From Lama glama (Eukaryota): a DNA stretch of 64,000 nucleotides. The first letter of the stretch is position 1. Each line of letters starts with the position of its first letter. The notes beneath the pieces are model-generated. The model did not search any database. It was not told the origin of the DNA and worked only from the letters and a program-made list of their open reading frames with translations. The position numbers and the translations under genes are program-made. The stretch is taken from NCBI GenBank assembly GCA_028534125.1, contig CM052837.1, positions 17,918,001 to 17,982,000 on the forward strand. The letters are read 5' to 3'. Below are positions 40,816 to 53,284 of the stretch, piece after piece.

Positions 40816-41079
40816 GTCAGAGCACTGTTAGCCTGGGGGCTGGGGCTGGGGCTGGGGCAGCTGGAGTGACCAAGCCCAGTGCTTTCTTAAGTGCTAGGCA
40901 AGAAGACCCAACAGTCTGCTCTCGAACTAGATGATTGTAATTTTTTTTCAGTACCATAGAGGTTTGTTTCTCAATTATTATGTTATATTCTTATGTATAT
41001 ATTAACTCATTATATTGGTTTAAGTTTTGAAAACTCACCCTAAAGACAGTTTGTGGATTGGCAGGATAATGATGACCAT

Positions 41080-41255
41080 TGCCTGAGTGGGCTTACTGTA
41101 TGCCAGATACAGAGCTAGGTGTGTGTATTGTCTTCGTGATCCTCACAGTGACCCTATGAGGTAGGTATTATTGGATTCCAGCGTTACAAATGAGGAAACT
41201 GTGGCTCAGGGAATTTTAACTGACACAATCCCACATCACTGAAGCCAGAGTGCAG
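41080..41255 (-). mobile_element. MIR
   Basis: cctatgaggtaggtattatt...ttacaaatgaggaaactgtggctcagg; further MIR pieces at ~5200, 14385-14540, 31040-31760, 56095-56520, 59460-59750. Confidence 0.75.
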
Positions 41256-44200
41256 GAAAAAAGAGATGCAGGGTCCTCCAGCATCTGATCTGTTTATAAA
41301 CAGGATAGTTCTTTTAGGGGCTGAAGTGACTGCCTGGGCAGTCCTGCCAGACTGACTAGGGCCCTGGACTTGGTGATGCTTCTGTACAGGACACTCTTGT
41401 ACCATGATAAGGACAAAAATGAATGAACTGAAAAGAAAAGGCCATGACAAAAACATTACAGTCCTTTTGAATGTAATGAAATTTTTCCTTTAACTTTCAT
41501 TTTGGTTATTTTTCAGCTTTAAGACAAACTTTAAGCCTGGAAACAAGCCTGTTTCTATAAGTAGGTAGATCCCATCTACTGTTTGGGATATTCTTTTGAA
41601 GTTATAAAGAACTAAGGGTTTTTTGTTGTTGTTGGTTTTTTAAATGACAGAAATTTTGTTTTCTCATCCTCTTTAAATGATGTCTTTCAATACAGTAGTG
41701 TTAAGCATAGTAATGTGAAGATGAAAATGCGTAAATATCATATAATTTTTCCACATCACAGAGGATGTAGAAAAATTCCTTACTGTAGCACTCCCACACT
41801 GAATTGTGAGAAAATAGTTCCTTTAACTCTCCCCTTTCCTTCTCTCCTCCTATTTTTTGTGTTATGTGTATTTATTTATCTGTAGCCATCCTTATCAATA
41901 CCTACATTTGTCCATATTCACCTACCTTTTGTCTATGTTTATCTTTATGCCTTTCTCCAAAGAAAGAATGTAACATTTTGACTAAGAGCATGAGTTCTGG
42001 ATCTGGACTGGTTTAAATCCCAGCTCTCCATTTATTGCACTGTGCTTGAAAGGAGCTGGAATTTTAAACAGTGCACAATGTGGCCTGCAAGTGAGGCACA
42101 CACCAGCATCCATTCCGGCAAACTTTCCTTCCACAACAGGGGAGGGATAGCAGGGCCTAAGCTCTGGGTAAGTTTGTTTTGAACCAAGAGGGCTAGTTTC
42201 CCTCCATTTCATCCAGAAAGTTCTGTTTGACATCTAGAGGTATCCCTAGAGTTTTTCATTCATCCTGTGAGAGGTGGTTTGTATAGCAGAAGGAGCCCAG
42301 GAGTGGAGGTTGGAGATCCTGAGTGCTAGTGCCAGCTGCCCCTCATGCTGGCACCCTTCGTGAGTCAGTCTCCTGTCTCTGTACAGTGGGTGTGTAGCAG
42401 CCTCTGTCCTGCTGGCATCTCACTTTTTAGGACCATGTGGTTAGATAACAGTTGTAGAAGCTCAGTGTGCTGTGAAGACAGAAAAGATATTGTTACATTA
42501 ACAACATACCTCTGTAAGCTGTGGCAGCTCCTGCTCTTGCAGAACAGCCATCTCCTCTGAGGCCAGACCAGAGCGTCTCTCCTGGAATGCCTCAGGCGGA
42601 GAGATGAAGTGAGAGGTCTCAGCTCTGCCACAGGGCACCTTCTCTCCCCAGCCTGGACTTCTTGGCAAATGTAATGGGCTCACAGTTGATTTTAAGATGG
42701 TAATCAATTCTCCTTAGGGCCAGGTTTACAGTAAGGTCAGGGGGGTCTGCGATAGTTCCCAGGGAATGTAAAGTGTCCTTGTCATCCTGGTTTCTCTGAC
42801 CCTAACCACATTGTTCCTGCATTTCTATGATCTTGCCTCTGTGGGAGGCTGTTTATCTTGTTTTATTGTATCTCATTAATCATGAAATAAGTATTTCAAA
42901 TGTAACCGTAGCCAGGGTGAAAATACCCGTGGTTTAATACTCTGCCTTGGTTTGAGATGTTCTTGCAGACTTAGAGGGAGGAGAGGTTCTCCCGTTCAGC
43001 TGCCTATGTTTCCACACCAGCCCCATGAAGGCAACTGAGTTCTTATCCACAAGCAATAATGTTCTGCCAAAGCATTGTTTGAAGTCAGCCTATCAGACTC
43101 CAGAGTATGAAATTCTCTGGAATGCAGTTTACTTGAGGATCTATAAAGATCCTAAGAATTACTTCAGCCTGCTATTTTGGTCCTCCAGAGTTGGCAGGGT
43201 TGGGGCAGTCCCTAGAGTGTATTTCCTGAGAAACCTGTTGTGTTAGAAGGGAATCTGCAGGCCTTTCTAATGCTCTTTGAAACTAACTTGTACACTGGGT
43301 ATGGGAGAGGCAGGAGGTCCCAGTTCCGGACTTTGCATAGCCGCATGATCATTTTATAACCTCAGGCAAGCCCCTGCCTGCTGGTCCTCTGTCCCATCCA
43401 TACAGTGCAAGAGTGGGTTAGGTGACCCCAGGGTCCTTTTCAGAGCTTGTTGTCTGTTGTTTTACACTTGAGCAGGTATCCTGATTTCACTGGGGAACGG
43501 GGTCTTTCTTCCCTGAGGGTCAGGCCAGACCTCGTGACTGGCTTCTGTCATTCTGCAGAACTTGTGGGGGAAGGGATGGCTGGCTGATTAGGTCCTTCCT
43601 GACACCTAAGAAGAAAGCCTTGTTTTCCTGATAGCTTCACCTCACCACTGCTGTAAGTGGGTCGTGGAGACCTCAGGCAGAACACTCAGGCGTCACTAGT
43701 GAAGTCCTCGCAGGAGCCTACAGGGAGGAGAGTGCCACGAGGAGGAGCTGGCAGCTTTCCTCTGGGAGAGGCCCTGGGTTCTGAGGTGTTGCAGGGGGCT
43801 CCTGTTAGCAAGCCGGAAGTATTCTCATGGTCCCCAGCCCACCTCCAGGGAGACCCATCGCTGAAAGGAGAATGAGCATTGAGGAAGTAGCTCAGCTTCC
43901 CACACTCCTGTTCACCCACCCCGGTTCCCTGGCAGGTAACTTTTTTAAAGATGAAGTGTTGTCAGTGAACACAATCAAGATAATTTCTCCACTGGGAAGG
44001 GCAAGAAAGACAACATCTGAACACCTGCGTGTCTTGGAACAGATAGCTATGATGAGGCAACTCTGGGACAGAATTTGGTTTGGTCACTGAGGATTAAAAT
44101 AGGAGTCACAACATGAGTTTGGTTCCTTCTGCAGGAAGTGGGACTTACGCTTGCCCTGCAGTGATGCTGTGCCCACGTCTTCACAAACCCCTCATCTCGC

Positions 44201-44385
44201 CGTCCCGTCAGCCTGGGTAGTTTTCCTGTTGTACAGATGAGGGAAACTCAGAAAGTGGATAGCAGTAGAGGCAGGAAAAACATGGGTCTGTGTAGCTCCA
44301 AAGCCCACACTCTCCCCTCACTGACAAGTGGTGACAGGCCTGCCCCTCAAGATCCAAGCACCTGACCATTGCTTGTGTCTTGCAG

Positions 44386-44685
44386 AATTGCTGGAACTGT
44401 GGCCGCAAAGCCAGCGAGACCTGCAGTGGCTGCAATATTGCACGATACTGCGGCTCCTTCTGCCAGCATAAGGACTGGGAGCGGCACCACCGACTCTGTG
44501 GCCAGAACCTGCATGGCCAGAGCCCCCACGGCCAGAGCCGGCCCCTGCTTCCAGGAGGGAGGGGCTCCTCAGCCCGGTCTGCCGACTGCAGCGTACCAAG
44601 CCCAGCCCTGGACAAGACCTCGGCAACCACCTCGCGCTCCTCAACACCTGCCTCTGTGACAGCCATCGACACAAACGGACTCTGA
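44386..44685 (+). CDS. CBFA2T2: CBFA2T2 last coding exon (MYND/NHR4 zinc finger) with TGA stop
   Basis: ttgcAG|aattgc; [38 protein letters not shown]...AIDTNGL*; exon lengths from ATG 16813 sum to 1728 nt = 575 aa + stop. Confidence 0.98.
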   Translation, partial: NCWNCGRKASETCSGCNIARYCGSFCQHKDWERHHRLCGQNLHGQSPHGQSRPLLPGGRGSSARSADCSVPSPALDKTSATTSRSSTPASVTAIDTNGL

Positions 44686-47600
44686 GTCCCAGCCTCACTT
44701 CCCCTGATGACCTCACAGCACAACAGAACACTGCATGGAGGCTGGCTGTTTAAACCAGTGCAAGTAGCTGTTGGGTCATCACCAAGGAGTGAAGTAGAGG
44801 CAGGAAGACTTCAAGCCCAGCAAACACTGCTCCCCAGCCTCTCTGTGTGCTTGCCCCAGCTTCCCGTCTGTGTCCTCGGGGGAATTCATGTGCACACAGA
44901 CAGCTGGCTGGAGCTGCCTCCTCCGTGGCTTTCTGGTTTGTTCCTCTCCCAACTGAAGCTGGCATGGCCAGCCACTTTTGAGTATAGACCACCAGCTCCC
45001 CTCCCTGCCTCATGAGGCAACAGACTGGAATGTGCCCAGCCAGGCTGGAGGCAGCTCGCCTCATGCACTGTCTCCTACTCCCCGTCCTCCGATGGTGGAG
45101 GCCTCCCTCTCACAGAGAGTGGCTCCTCTTGCCCCTGAACAGCTCCTTGAGTCCCATTTCCACCCTCAGCAGGTGCCACTGATTGGTCCCAAGGGGACTT
45201 GGGCAGGCAGAACGCAGCACTCAGGACTCCTTCCTCAACCCTGCTGTTCAGACTTAGGATTCTCAGAAACCACAGGAAAGAAGTCAACATTTCAGTAAAA
45301 GCACCCATAATAAAAAGTAAAACTTCTACCAAGCATCACAGATCATTTTGGATAAGATTTCCCAACCTGGCTGGCTATTTTAATTTGGGACCCATTTTTT
45401 TTCTCTCTTACTTTATTTTGCTTATGCAGAAAATAGTTTTCGGCGCATGGATTGGTCTGAGGGAGAATGCGACTCAGTTGTGGATAGTCTGTTCTCTCTG
45501 AGCATGTTGGCCAAACTAGTATCGTCAAATTATTGAATGGATCATCTTTTGGAAATGCAGAACCTTTTGTCACCGCTTGGCTCTTTGCACAGTCGTCTTT
45601 TTCTGTGTCCTATATTTCAGACCACACATGTCCAGATCACTGTGTGGATCTTCTTTCCGTGGTCTCTGGCACCTCTGAAGCCACAGTTGACCATAGGGTG
45701 TGGTGCGGTGTGGCTGCGACTTGCCTCAACAGTCAATGCCTGGTCACTTCTGAACAGCCTTCCTGGACCTGAAAGAATTCTTCAGACTTGTCATTATATG
45801 TCCTCTGTCAGTTTATTATTGGGCATACAGTCTCAGTTTCCCTTCTCCTGTTTTATTGATACCTACCTTCTCTGAGCTAAGAAAAGTTCTGTGAAACGTG
45901 ACAACCACTGGAGAGCCTGACCAAGTTTTCTTCCTGTCATCAGGGAGTTTCCAGCTGCTTACTTGGCTCTCCATGAAGATGGACATCACCTATACACCGT
46001 TCAAAATATGCAGTACATATTCTTCCCTGCTAGTCCGGTTTTGTTGGGAGCCCAGGGTCCCTGACTCTCCCCATCTCTATCTCCAAGCCTCCAACACCCT
46101 TTTGCTCCAAGGAATTGGTTGGTATAAGTTGGTTGGCCCTGCTCCTTCAGGGCCTTGAGAGCTCAGCTTTAGATGGCCATTTAATATGCATTGACCAGAG
46201 TGAATTGAAAGTTGTCAGTAAGGTATCAGCTTAGGTAGCATTGTCCTTAAATATAGGTGTATCTTACTTTAAGAACTTTAAGTTCCTAATTTACCTTACC
46301 CAAGGATTTTCTCTCTTAAAAGAGACAAGACACTTTAAAATACCTGGATTTCCATTGCATAAAGTAAGGCATCCCCAAGAGAAAGGATAACAGAACAGTT
46401 AATTTATAGTGAAACTCCTTCAGCTGCAGCAGTTGGGGTGTCCTAACAGGAATGAAATCAGGACCCCAGGCAGGAGTTGCCTACATTTCCCCGACGTGTG
46501 GGATGTGCCGTGAGAGGTCACAGAGCCTATAAATCTGTTGCAGCAAGAGGGTGTCTCGTGGTGTCCACTGGGTCTGTCCTCAGCTCCCTTTTTCACTGGC
46601 AAGTTGGAGGAACACCTAGGCATGTTCTCTAGGTCTTCAGTGGCCACAGGACTAGCCAGAGTGGCTCAGGTTTTTTTCTGGTTGGAATAAAAAGCTAAAA
46701 CCAACCAAATGCTATTCATCAAGGCTCAATATCAACTTCTGCCGTTAAGGTTTAGGTTTAGTGTGCAAGTCCTAGCTGGCTGTTGTGGGCTGTGGTTCCA
46801 GTAACAGCTTGATTTTTAGAATTTCTGTAATGCTATTCTAAACTGCTTTGCTCATCAGTTACCCAGAAGCCAAGCTGAAAGTCTAGGCAGTGTTCCACAC
46901 TGTAGTTCATTTCTCTAAACTTCTGCTGTATTAACTTGGTCAGTTTCACACATAGGTTGCCAGGGCATCTGTCCAAGACTTCCTGTTTAAATCTACAGAA
47001 TCCCTTTCTCCAGCTCCCTCTTTTCTAAAATTCACCAGCTCTCTGATTGGGGGAAGGGACACTGTTGTGGGGTGGGGAGGCTGAAGGGGCAGGGGTGAGT
47101 CTAGGTTCTCCACTTGGTTTCCCGAGTCTGCTGATACTACTGCAGCTACCAGGTTGAGGGTGCAAATACAGGCTTCCCCCTCTCATCTGGTTAAATTTAG
47201 ATAATATAATCAGACTGCTTAGAGGACCAACCTTTATAGTCTGAGGGGACAAAAAGGACCTAGTGCTGGTACTAAAGGTATTGTCAGGGCAGTTACAGGC
47301 TCTTTGGTGTTATCCTAGAAACCAAAAGCAAATGTGACCTGTGCCTGTCCACCTGTCAGAGCCCATCTGGAGGGTGAGGCCAGTGTTCAGCACCACCTGC
47401 TGAGGAACACAGACGAGTGATGGGCCATCATTGTCCTCTGCCCAGTGAGGAATGGTTGCAGGAATCAGAGAAGACCAGAAGTGGCCCACATGGGAGCTGT
47501 CTTTAAATGTTCTGAGGGAAGCTTGAGGGCTGGATCCTTGTGTCTTCAGTTGTCCTTTGGGGCCCCACTGCCTGCACCAAGCCTGACTCCACCCAACAGT

Positions 47601-49145
47601 GAAAATACTCAGGTTAATTCCACCTTCTCGGGAGTAGGCAGCCCTCCTCATGAGCTGTGAGCACTCCATTTGGGAGTGTCCTTGCAGCTCCCAGGATGGA
47701 ACTCGAGCAGATCTGCTCAGACACAGTCATGTGACCCTGGGCTCACAGAGTGAGTGGATCTTCTCTTGAACAGTACTGAGTCGTGTATGCCTCTCAACGG
47801 ATCTAAGTCTAACTTGGGGAGACAGGACACATCTCCCCAGGATGGGTCCATGCCTGGCATTGGCTGCAGTGTGGATGACCTTTGCACATCTGGGCCAGTT
47901 GGTCCACTAGGAGCTCCTCACTTCTTGGTGTCAGCGTGAGCATCTTCACCTTCTAGACAGAAAATCTACATTTTGCTTTGTACAGCCTTGTCCCAAAGTT
48001 GAATTGATCCCCAGTGCTGTCACCTACTTGCAAAGCATTGACCTTGTCCTGGGTAGTCCCGGACGATATCTCAGCAAGTGGGTTTGAAGGTTCAGCAGCA
48101 CAGTTGGAATTGTATGATCATGAGTTCTTCAGGATGAAAGCATCAGTGATGACCAGGTAGCCATTTGTCCTGGAAACTGCAGATGGCATTATTGATTGAA
48201 TAAATCATTTAAAATAGAACTCATCTTGGAGGCTTTCTCCAGGCTCCTGGGTCAGTAGACCAAGCCAACTTTCTTAGATTTTTCTTTTTTAATCTATTTA
48301 CAGAGAACTGGGTCGTGGCATGTTTGAACCAAATGTAAGAAAAGCCAAGGGACCTGGACTGTTCCAGCATAGGCCAGGCTGCCAGCTGTTCGGGAGGAGT
48401 CCTGCCCGAGGTGGGGCGGGGTACCAGGTGAGCTACTGAATGAGGCCCTTCCAACTTTTGAGTGTCTGTAGTTCTTGTGAAACCAAAACGTTGACTACCT
48501 GCCTCTTTGCCCACGTGTATTGATGTGCTCAATTCCAAAGATGATGGTGCAGGCGACCTTTTCCATCATGAGCCAGGAGAAGGGTAGGAGGCCTGAGGGG
48601 GGACCTTGCATCCCCACTTGGCCCCCACAGCCCCAGAGATGGAGCTTCCCCTGCTACCCCATCTGGTCAGGCCCGCAACTGCCCAGTGTACACTCATTGA
48701 TGCTTATACCAAATAGGGCATATGCAGCTGGTGGCCAGCAGGGACAGTTGGCAGAGAGAAGCGGCAGCGAGCATTAGGTGAATGGTTGAAAGTGCTGTTT
48801 GGCTGTGAGGCCTTCCGTCTACTTTCACAGCTTTCCAAGTTCCTGATGAGGCTACAAAAGCTCCGTCCGTTTAAAAAAAAAAAAGTCAATAATGTAAATA
48901 AATCAAAACGAAGCCTCCAAGTGTGGTTTTTGGTTTTTGAAGGGGAATGATGAATGTGAAACCACCCACAGGATGCAGTAGAGTCAGTTTTTCTGTGCTT
49001 TGTCATTTTACTCTGATAGGAACTTTTGTTACTTAACTCTGCATAACTTATTTAATGTACTGTATAAAGGAACCAAAACTGTTAAATATGTATTTAGTTT
49101 GTTCTACTTAAAGTAGTCAATAAAAAGGCTATATTCCTTTTCTGA
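44686..49145 (+). other. CBFA2T2: CBFA2T2 long 3'UTR (end approximate)
   Basis: Largely repeat-free sequence after the stop, ending in an AU-rich block and AATAAA at 49119. Confidence 0.75.
49119..49124 (+). terminator. CBFA2T2 distal polyadenylation signal
   Basis: AATAAA preceded by TGTA motifs and U-rich sequence; other AATAAA at 45309, 46686, 48199 and 48897. Confidence 0.7.
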
Positions 49146-50419
49146 CTCAAGCTGGAATGAGACTGGGAGGGAAGGTCGTACACAGGCTTGTGTAACACGT
49201 CCTGCCAACAGGCTTCTGCGTCCCCTTGCCTTGTTCCTCGATCTTCGGCGAGAGGGGGCTCCCGTGGTTCTTGCTATGACGTAAGAGCATCCAGGGGAGT
49301 GAAAGCAGGAGGTACTGCTAAGGAGGTGGTTTCCAGTTGCTGGACCTCTGGGAAGCCAGCCTCCAGGGAGGGGCCTGCGGTCAAGTGCCATCAACAGCTT
49401 AAGGACACTCCCAACTCCTTGTTAGCTCTTCACCATTAAGAGATCTTTCAATAAGGAAAATACAACTACAGAAACTTTGAAAAATAGGGTAGTGGATCTG
49501 TAGGTACTTTCTTCTAATAAGTATTTCCTTAAACATTTTTAACATACCTAGACTTGGGAATATTCATTCATGTCCTTTATATACTAAGGTTAAATCGTAA
49601 GTTCACTGTTGCCTTCACATTTATTTGCTTAGTGGTTGTGTGATTTAATTGAAGCCATAATTTTCTTAACTCTTCACCTCCTGTTGGGCCGTTTGGATTG
49701 CTTTCAAGTTTTCCCTAACATTCTGAAGGTGAGCATCTTCCTTAGCTGATTTATCTCTTTGTGATAATTTTCCAGAGTGGGATTTCGAGAACTGAACATT
49801 TTTTGGGTCCTTGAAGACTGTGTTCAGACTGATTTCCCTGAAAGCTCACCAGCGTGTGCCTCCAGCAGGACCCAAGTGATACTTTACATGGCTCTGAGGT
49901 GGTCTGACCACCTGTGACTCAACAGGTTGGTGCAGGCACACTTGGGTGCACCTGTATATGTGAAATCTTGGGATGCCAAGCCAGTTTCCTAACCAATGAC
50001 CTGAGGCCTCACTTCCCAAGGCCCTGGCCCCAGCCTCACTCTTATTACCTGAATACCCATCTCTGGCCTTGGCCCTAGAACTGCTTCCAAGCAGCCTTGC
50101 CCGAGAAGCTTGTTGGCACCATCAGCTTCACAGACTGCCAAAATGCAAACGGAGGGATTGGTTACTAGACCTCAGGTACGGAGAAGAACAGCTGCGGCCT
50201 TGGCCCTAGAAGGCAGGGTGGGGGCTTAGCCGTATGGCCTTTCATGCAGATGGTGCCGAGTGCCACTATTTATCAACAGCTGTGCAACACTGCAGTCCAC
50301 GCAGAGCAACTACAGGATCTCAAGACTGTTAGTCTAGCACAAGAGCTTATTTGGTAGGCGAGTTAGCAATCTGCCTTAGCTCTGGAAAAAAGATCCCAGG
50401 GACTTAAGTGATGATACAG

Positions 50420-51410
50420 TAAAATACTATGTTACATTTGCTATATAAATAAACTGAAAATTTTGCCGTTATCATAAAACACCTGGATGCTGGAAAAATT
50501 CTAATGAATGGACTTTTAACTGCATTGCTGAGATCACATGAGAAAGTAGGAAACCCCAAGGGCCAGAAAGAAAGCTGTAACCACAGGGGTAGTAGTTCAG
50601 TATAATAGAGGAAAACTGCTGCTTGGAGGCGAAAGAAGTTCCAAGAAGTCAGAGTCTGAGGGATTAACTGCCTCTAGGGAGAATATGACACAAGGCTTTG
50701 AGCCTGTACAAAATGGATAAACAAAACCAGGACCTCTCCATGGAGCCAGGTCACTGGTTTTGGCCTCACTGAAAAGGCAAGCAGGGAAGGTCTACCCGTC
50801 TGCAAAGGGAACTGAGCAGAGAACTCTCTGGCCCTGCTGGAAGAAAGAAACACTGACCAGAGACTCTACTCTTATATCTGCTCTCTCCTGGGGCTAAGGT
50901 TCAGAGTCCCATTATTCCAGAGGTCAAAGAATCCCTTAGGCTGAGGAATTAAGATGACTCTAGGCTTGTATCTCCTGGTGTCTGGCAGAAGCAAAAATGC
51001 AAATTCTCTAGAGAAGGATATTAAAGTATCAAAAACATCAATCACAATATTACATATCAACCAAGTATAAATTGTCCAAGAAAGTTACGAAAGTTTATGT
51101 CCAAGGAAATGAGCCACTATAAGCAAGTCAACAGGAACAATAAAAAAAATGATTTAGATCCCTGGGACCTCAGGTAGTGTTACCAAATACAGAATATAAA
51201 ATAACCAGGAAACCTCTAAAGGTGGTGCTGGGAAGAAAAAGAGCACAGAGTAGGAGACTAAAAATAACTAGGCAGATATGGAAATAGAATTCTGAAAATT
51301 ACAAATTGATATAAATCTATTGAACAGCAGATTAGATGAATCAAAATGAGTGAAGCATTACTGTATGAGTCGTCAGAGACACAAGCAGATGAAAAATAGG
51401 AAAGAGTTGT
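50420..51410 (+). mobile_element. Degenerate L1 5'/ORF1-like fragment
   Basis: A-rich intergenic segment with ggcagaagcaaaaatgcaaattctct and ttgaacagcagattagat phrases; approximate. Confidence 0.45.
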
Positions 51411-53162
51411 TCCTTTAGGAAGGCAGGTTGCAAGGAATGAGCCCTTTCAAGTTTTACCAAGGGTGCAGTCAAGAAACCTTACTCCTGTTCCTCAGTATAA
51501 AAAGAAATGGCCTGAAATGATACAATCTTAGAATGAGCAAACATGCATTGATCTAAACTCCTCCTGCCCATCTGTGCTTGTTTCTGATGCTACAATTTCA
51601 TAGTGGTGAGTTGAAGTGTATCCCCTCCTCTGCATCCTCCCTCCCAATAGCATCAGAGAACCAGCAACCACCCACCACGTCCCAGGGCAGCTTCATTGCC
51701 TGGTGCTGGGCGCCCTCTTGTGGACAGAGCCAAATCTGCTACCTCTGCCGCCTTAATCTACAAACCAGATTCCTATCCAGGGTGCACATCTCAGCAACTC
51801 TTGCTTTCCCCTTTGCACCAACCTTTTCCAAGGCTGCCTATCTGCCCCATGAATTCAATTAATTTTCTCTGGGTGCCTCCTAGGGAGTTCCGGAAATGAT
51901 CAAGACTCAGTACCCCCACCACCTACCTTCCAAGGGCTGAGCTCTGAAAAGCCCACACCAGATCCACCCTCCACCTCGTGCTGTGCTCCTATGGCTTTTC
52001 CTTGCTTCCCCATCCGACATCCTGCAGCCCCACAACTTGGGTCGCTCCCTCCTCTGTTATAGCTGCCACTGTCCTCCAGCCATGGGATGTTTTCTGTTAC
52101 CAGAGAATGCCCAAGATCTCCCTCAGCAATCTTGACACTTGACACAAGACCGGCTTTTGGTGCTGGGGGGTAATCCAGCTGTCTAACTCAGCAAGGCACT
52201 TGTTTGCTGAGCTTCTGAGTCTTTGTCTGTAAATTGGGGATGCTAGTGGTGCCTACACCAGTGGGTTGGGAGGTGTGATGTGATCCCATGAGAGTTGCCC
52301 CTCACACGGGGCCTAGCACCCAGGAAGCCCTGTAAAAGAGGTTGCCATCACAACCTGCTTCTCTCTCTCTGCCAAAACGTGATGTCCTTGAGGATTCACC
52401 TTTGTCCCAGCATCCTGCCTGGAGCCTCGTGTCTTACTGAAGTATTTGCTTTAAGAGTAACTTCTTGAAGGCCCATCAGAGGCTGTGTTAAGGGGACTTC
52501 TGTGTTTCTCAGAGCTGGAGGGCAATGGCAGCCACCGAGGCTGTTGCTGTCTCTCCAGCACCTGGCCTAGCACTGGGCCAGTCCCCAGGATAGGTTTTGA
52601 TGTGTGCAGGTGAGTCACCAGCACAGGTGGGAGGAAGGTGAGGGGGCAGGTGCAGGGAGTGGTGAAAGGGTGGGGGTGAGGGTAGCAGTTGGCAGAAGGA
52701 GCCAAGAATACTCTGCCTGTCCTTGACCGAGGTGCTGTCACCAGCCCCAGACATTTTACCATCCCCAGCACCTGCCACAGCAGGTGCCTAGTGGTTGCTG
52801 AAACAAGCTGAAGAAACACCAAGAGCAGGGCACTGAGGGCAAGGACTGGGAAAGGCAACTCAGAGCTGATGGCTTTGACCTCCTACTTAAAGGCTAAGGA
52901 GGCATTTCTGTAGTGGATGGCGCCAGGGGTGGGAGGGAACAAAAGCCAAGGAGGGGGCGGTGACTGAGGTTGCACATAGCCCAGCCCAGCTGAAAAGTGT
53001 TTTAGGGAGAGGAGGCTGCACATAATGGAAGTGGGGGGTTGATTGCTAAGGGCCTTGAATGCCAAGTCAAGAAATCAAACTTGGTCTTGATGCTAAAGGC
53101 AGTGGGGTGCCTCATACTGAAGGATCTTAGCCAGGGAGGTGTGGTCACCATGGCAATGTTTT

Positions 53163-53284
53163 GTTCTGGGGGGCAGTAATTAAGTTTATTTAATTTTCAG
53201 TGGAGGTACTGGGGATTGAACCAAGGATCTTGTGCATGCCAAGCATGTGCTCTACCACTAAGCTATACCCTCCCCACCCTCCCG
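53163..53284 (-). mobile_element. tRNA-derived SINE (Vic-1-like)
   Basis: Same family as 6102; perfect 15-bp TSD ccatggcaatgtttt at 53148-53162 and 53285-53299. Confidence 0.9.

Noticed and set aside
44208-44731. Overlapping and antisense ORFs at the last CBFA2T2 exon
   Set aside because: Shadow frames of the MYND exon with no recognisable homology
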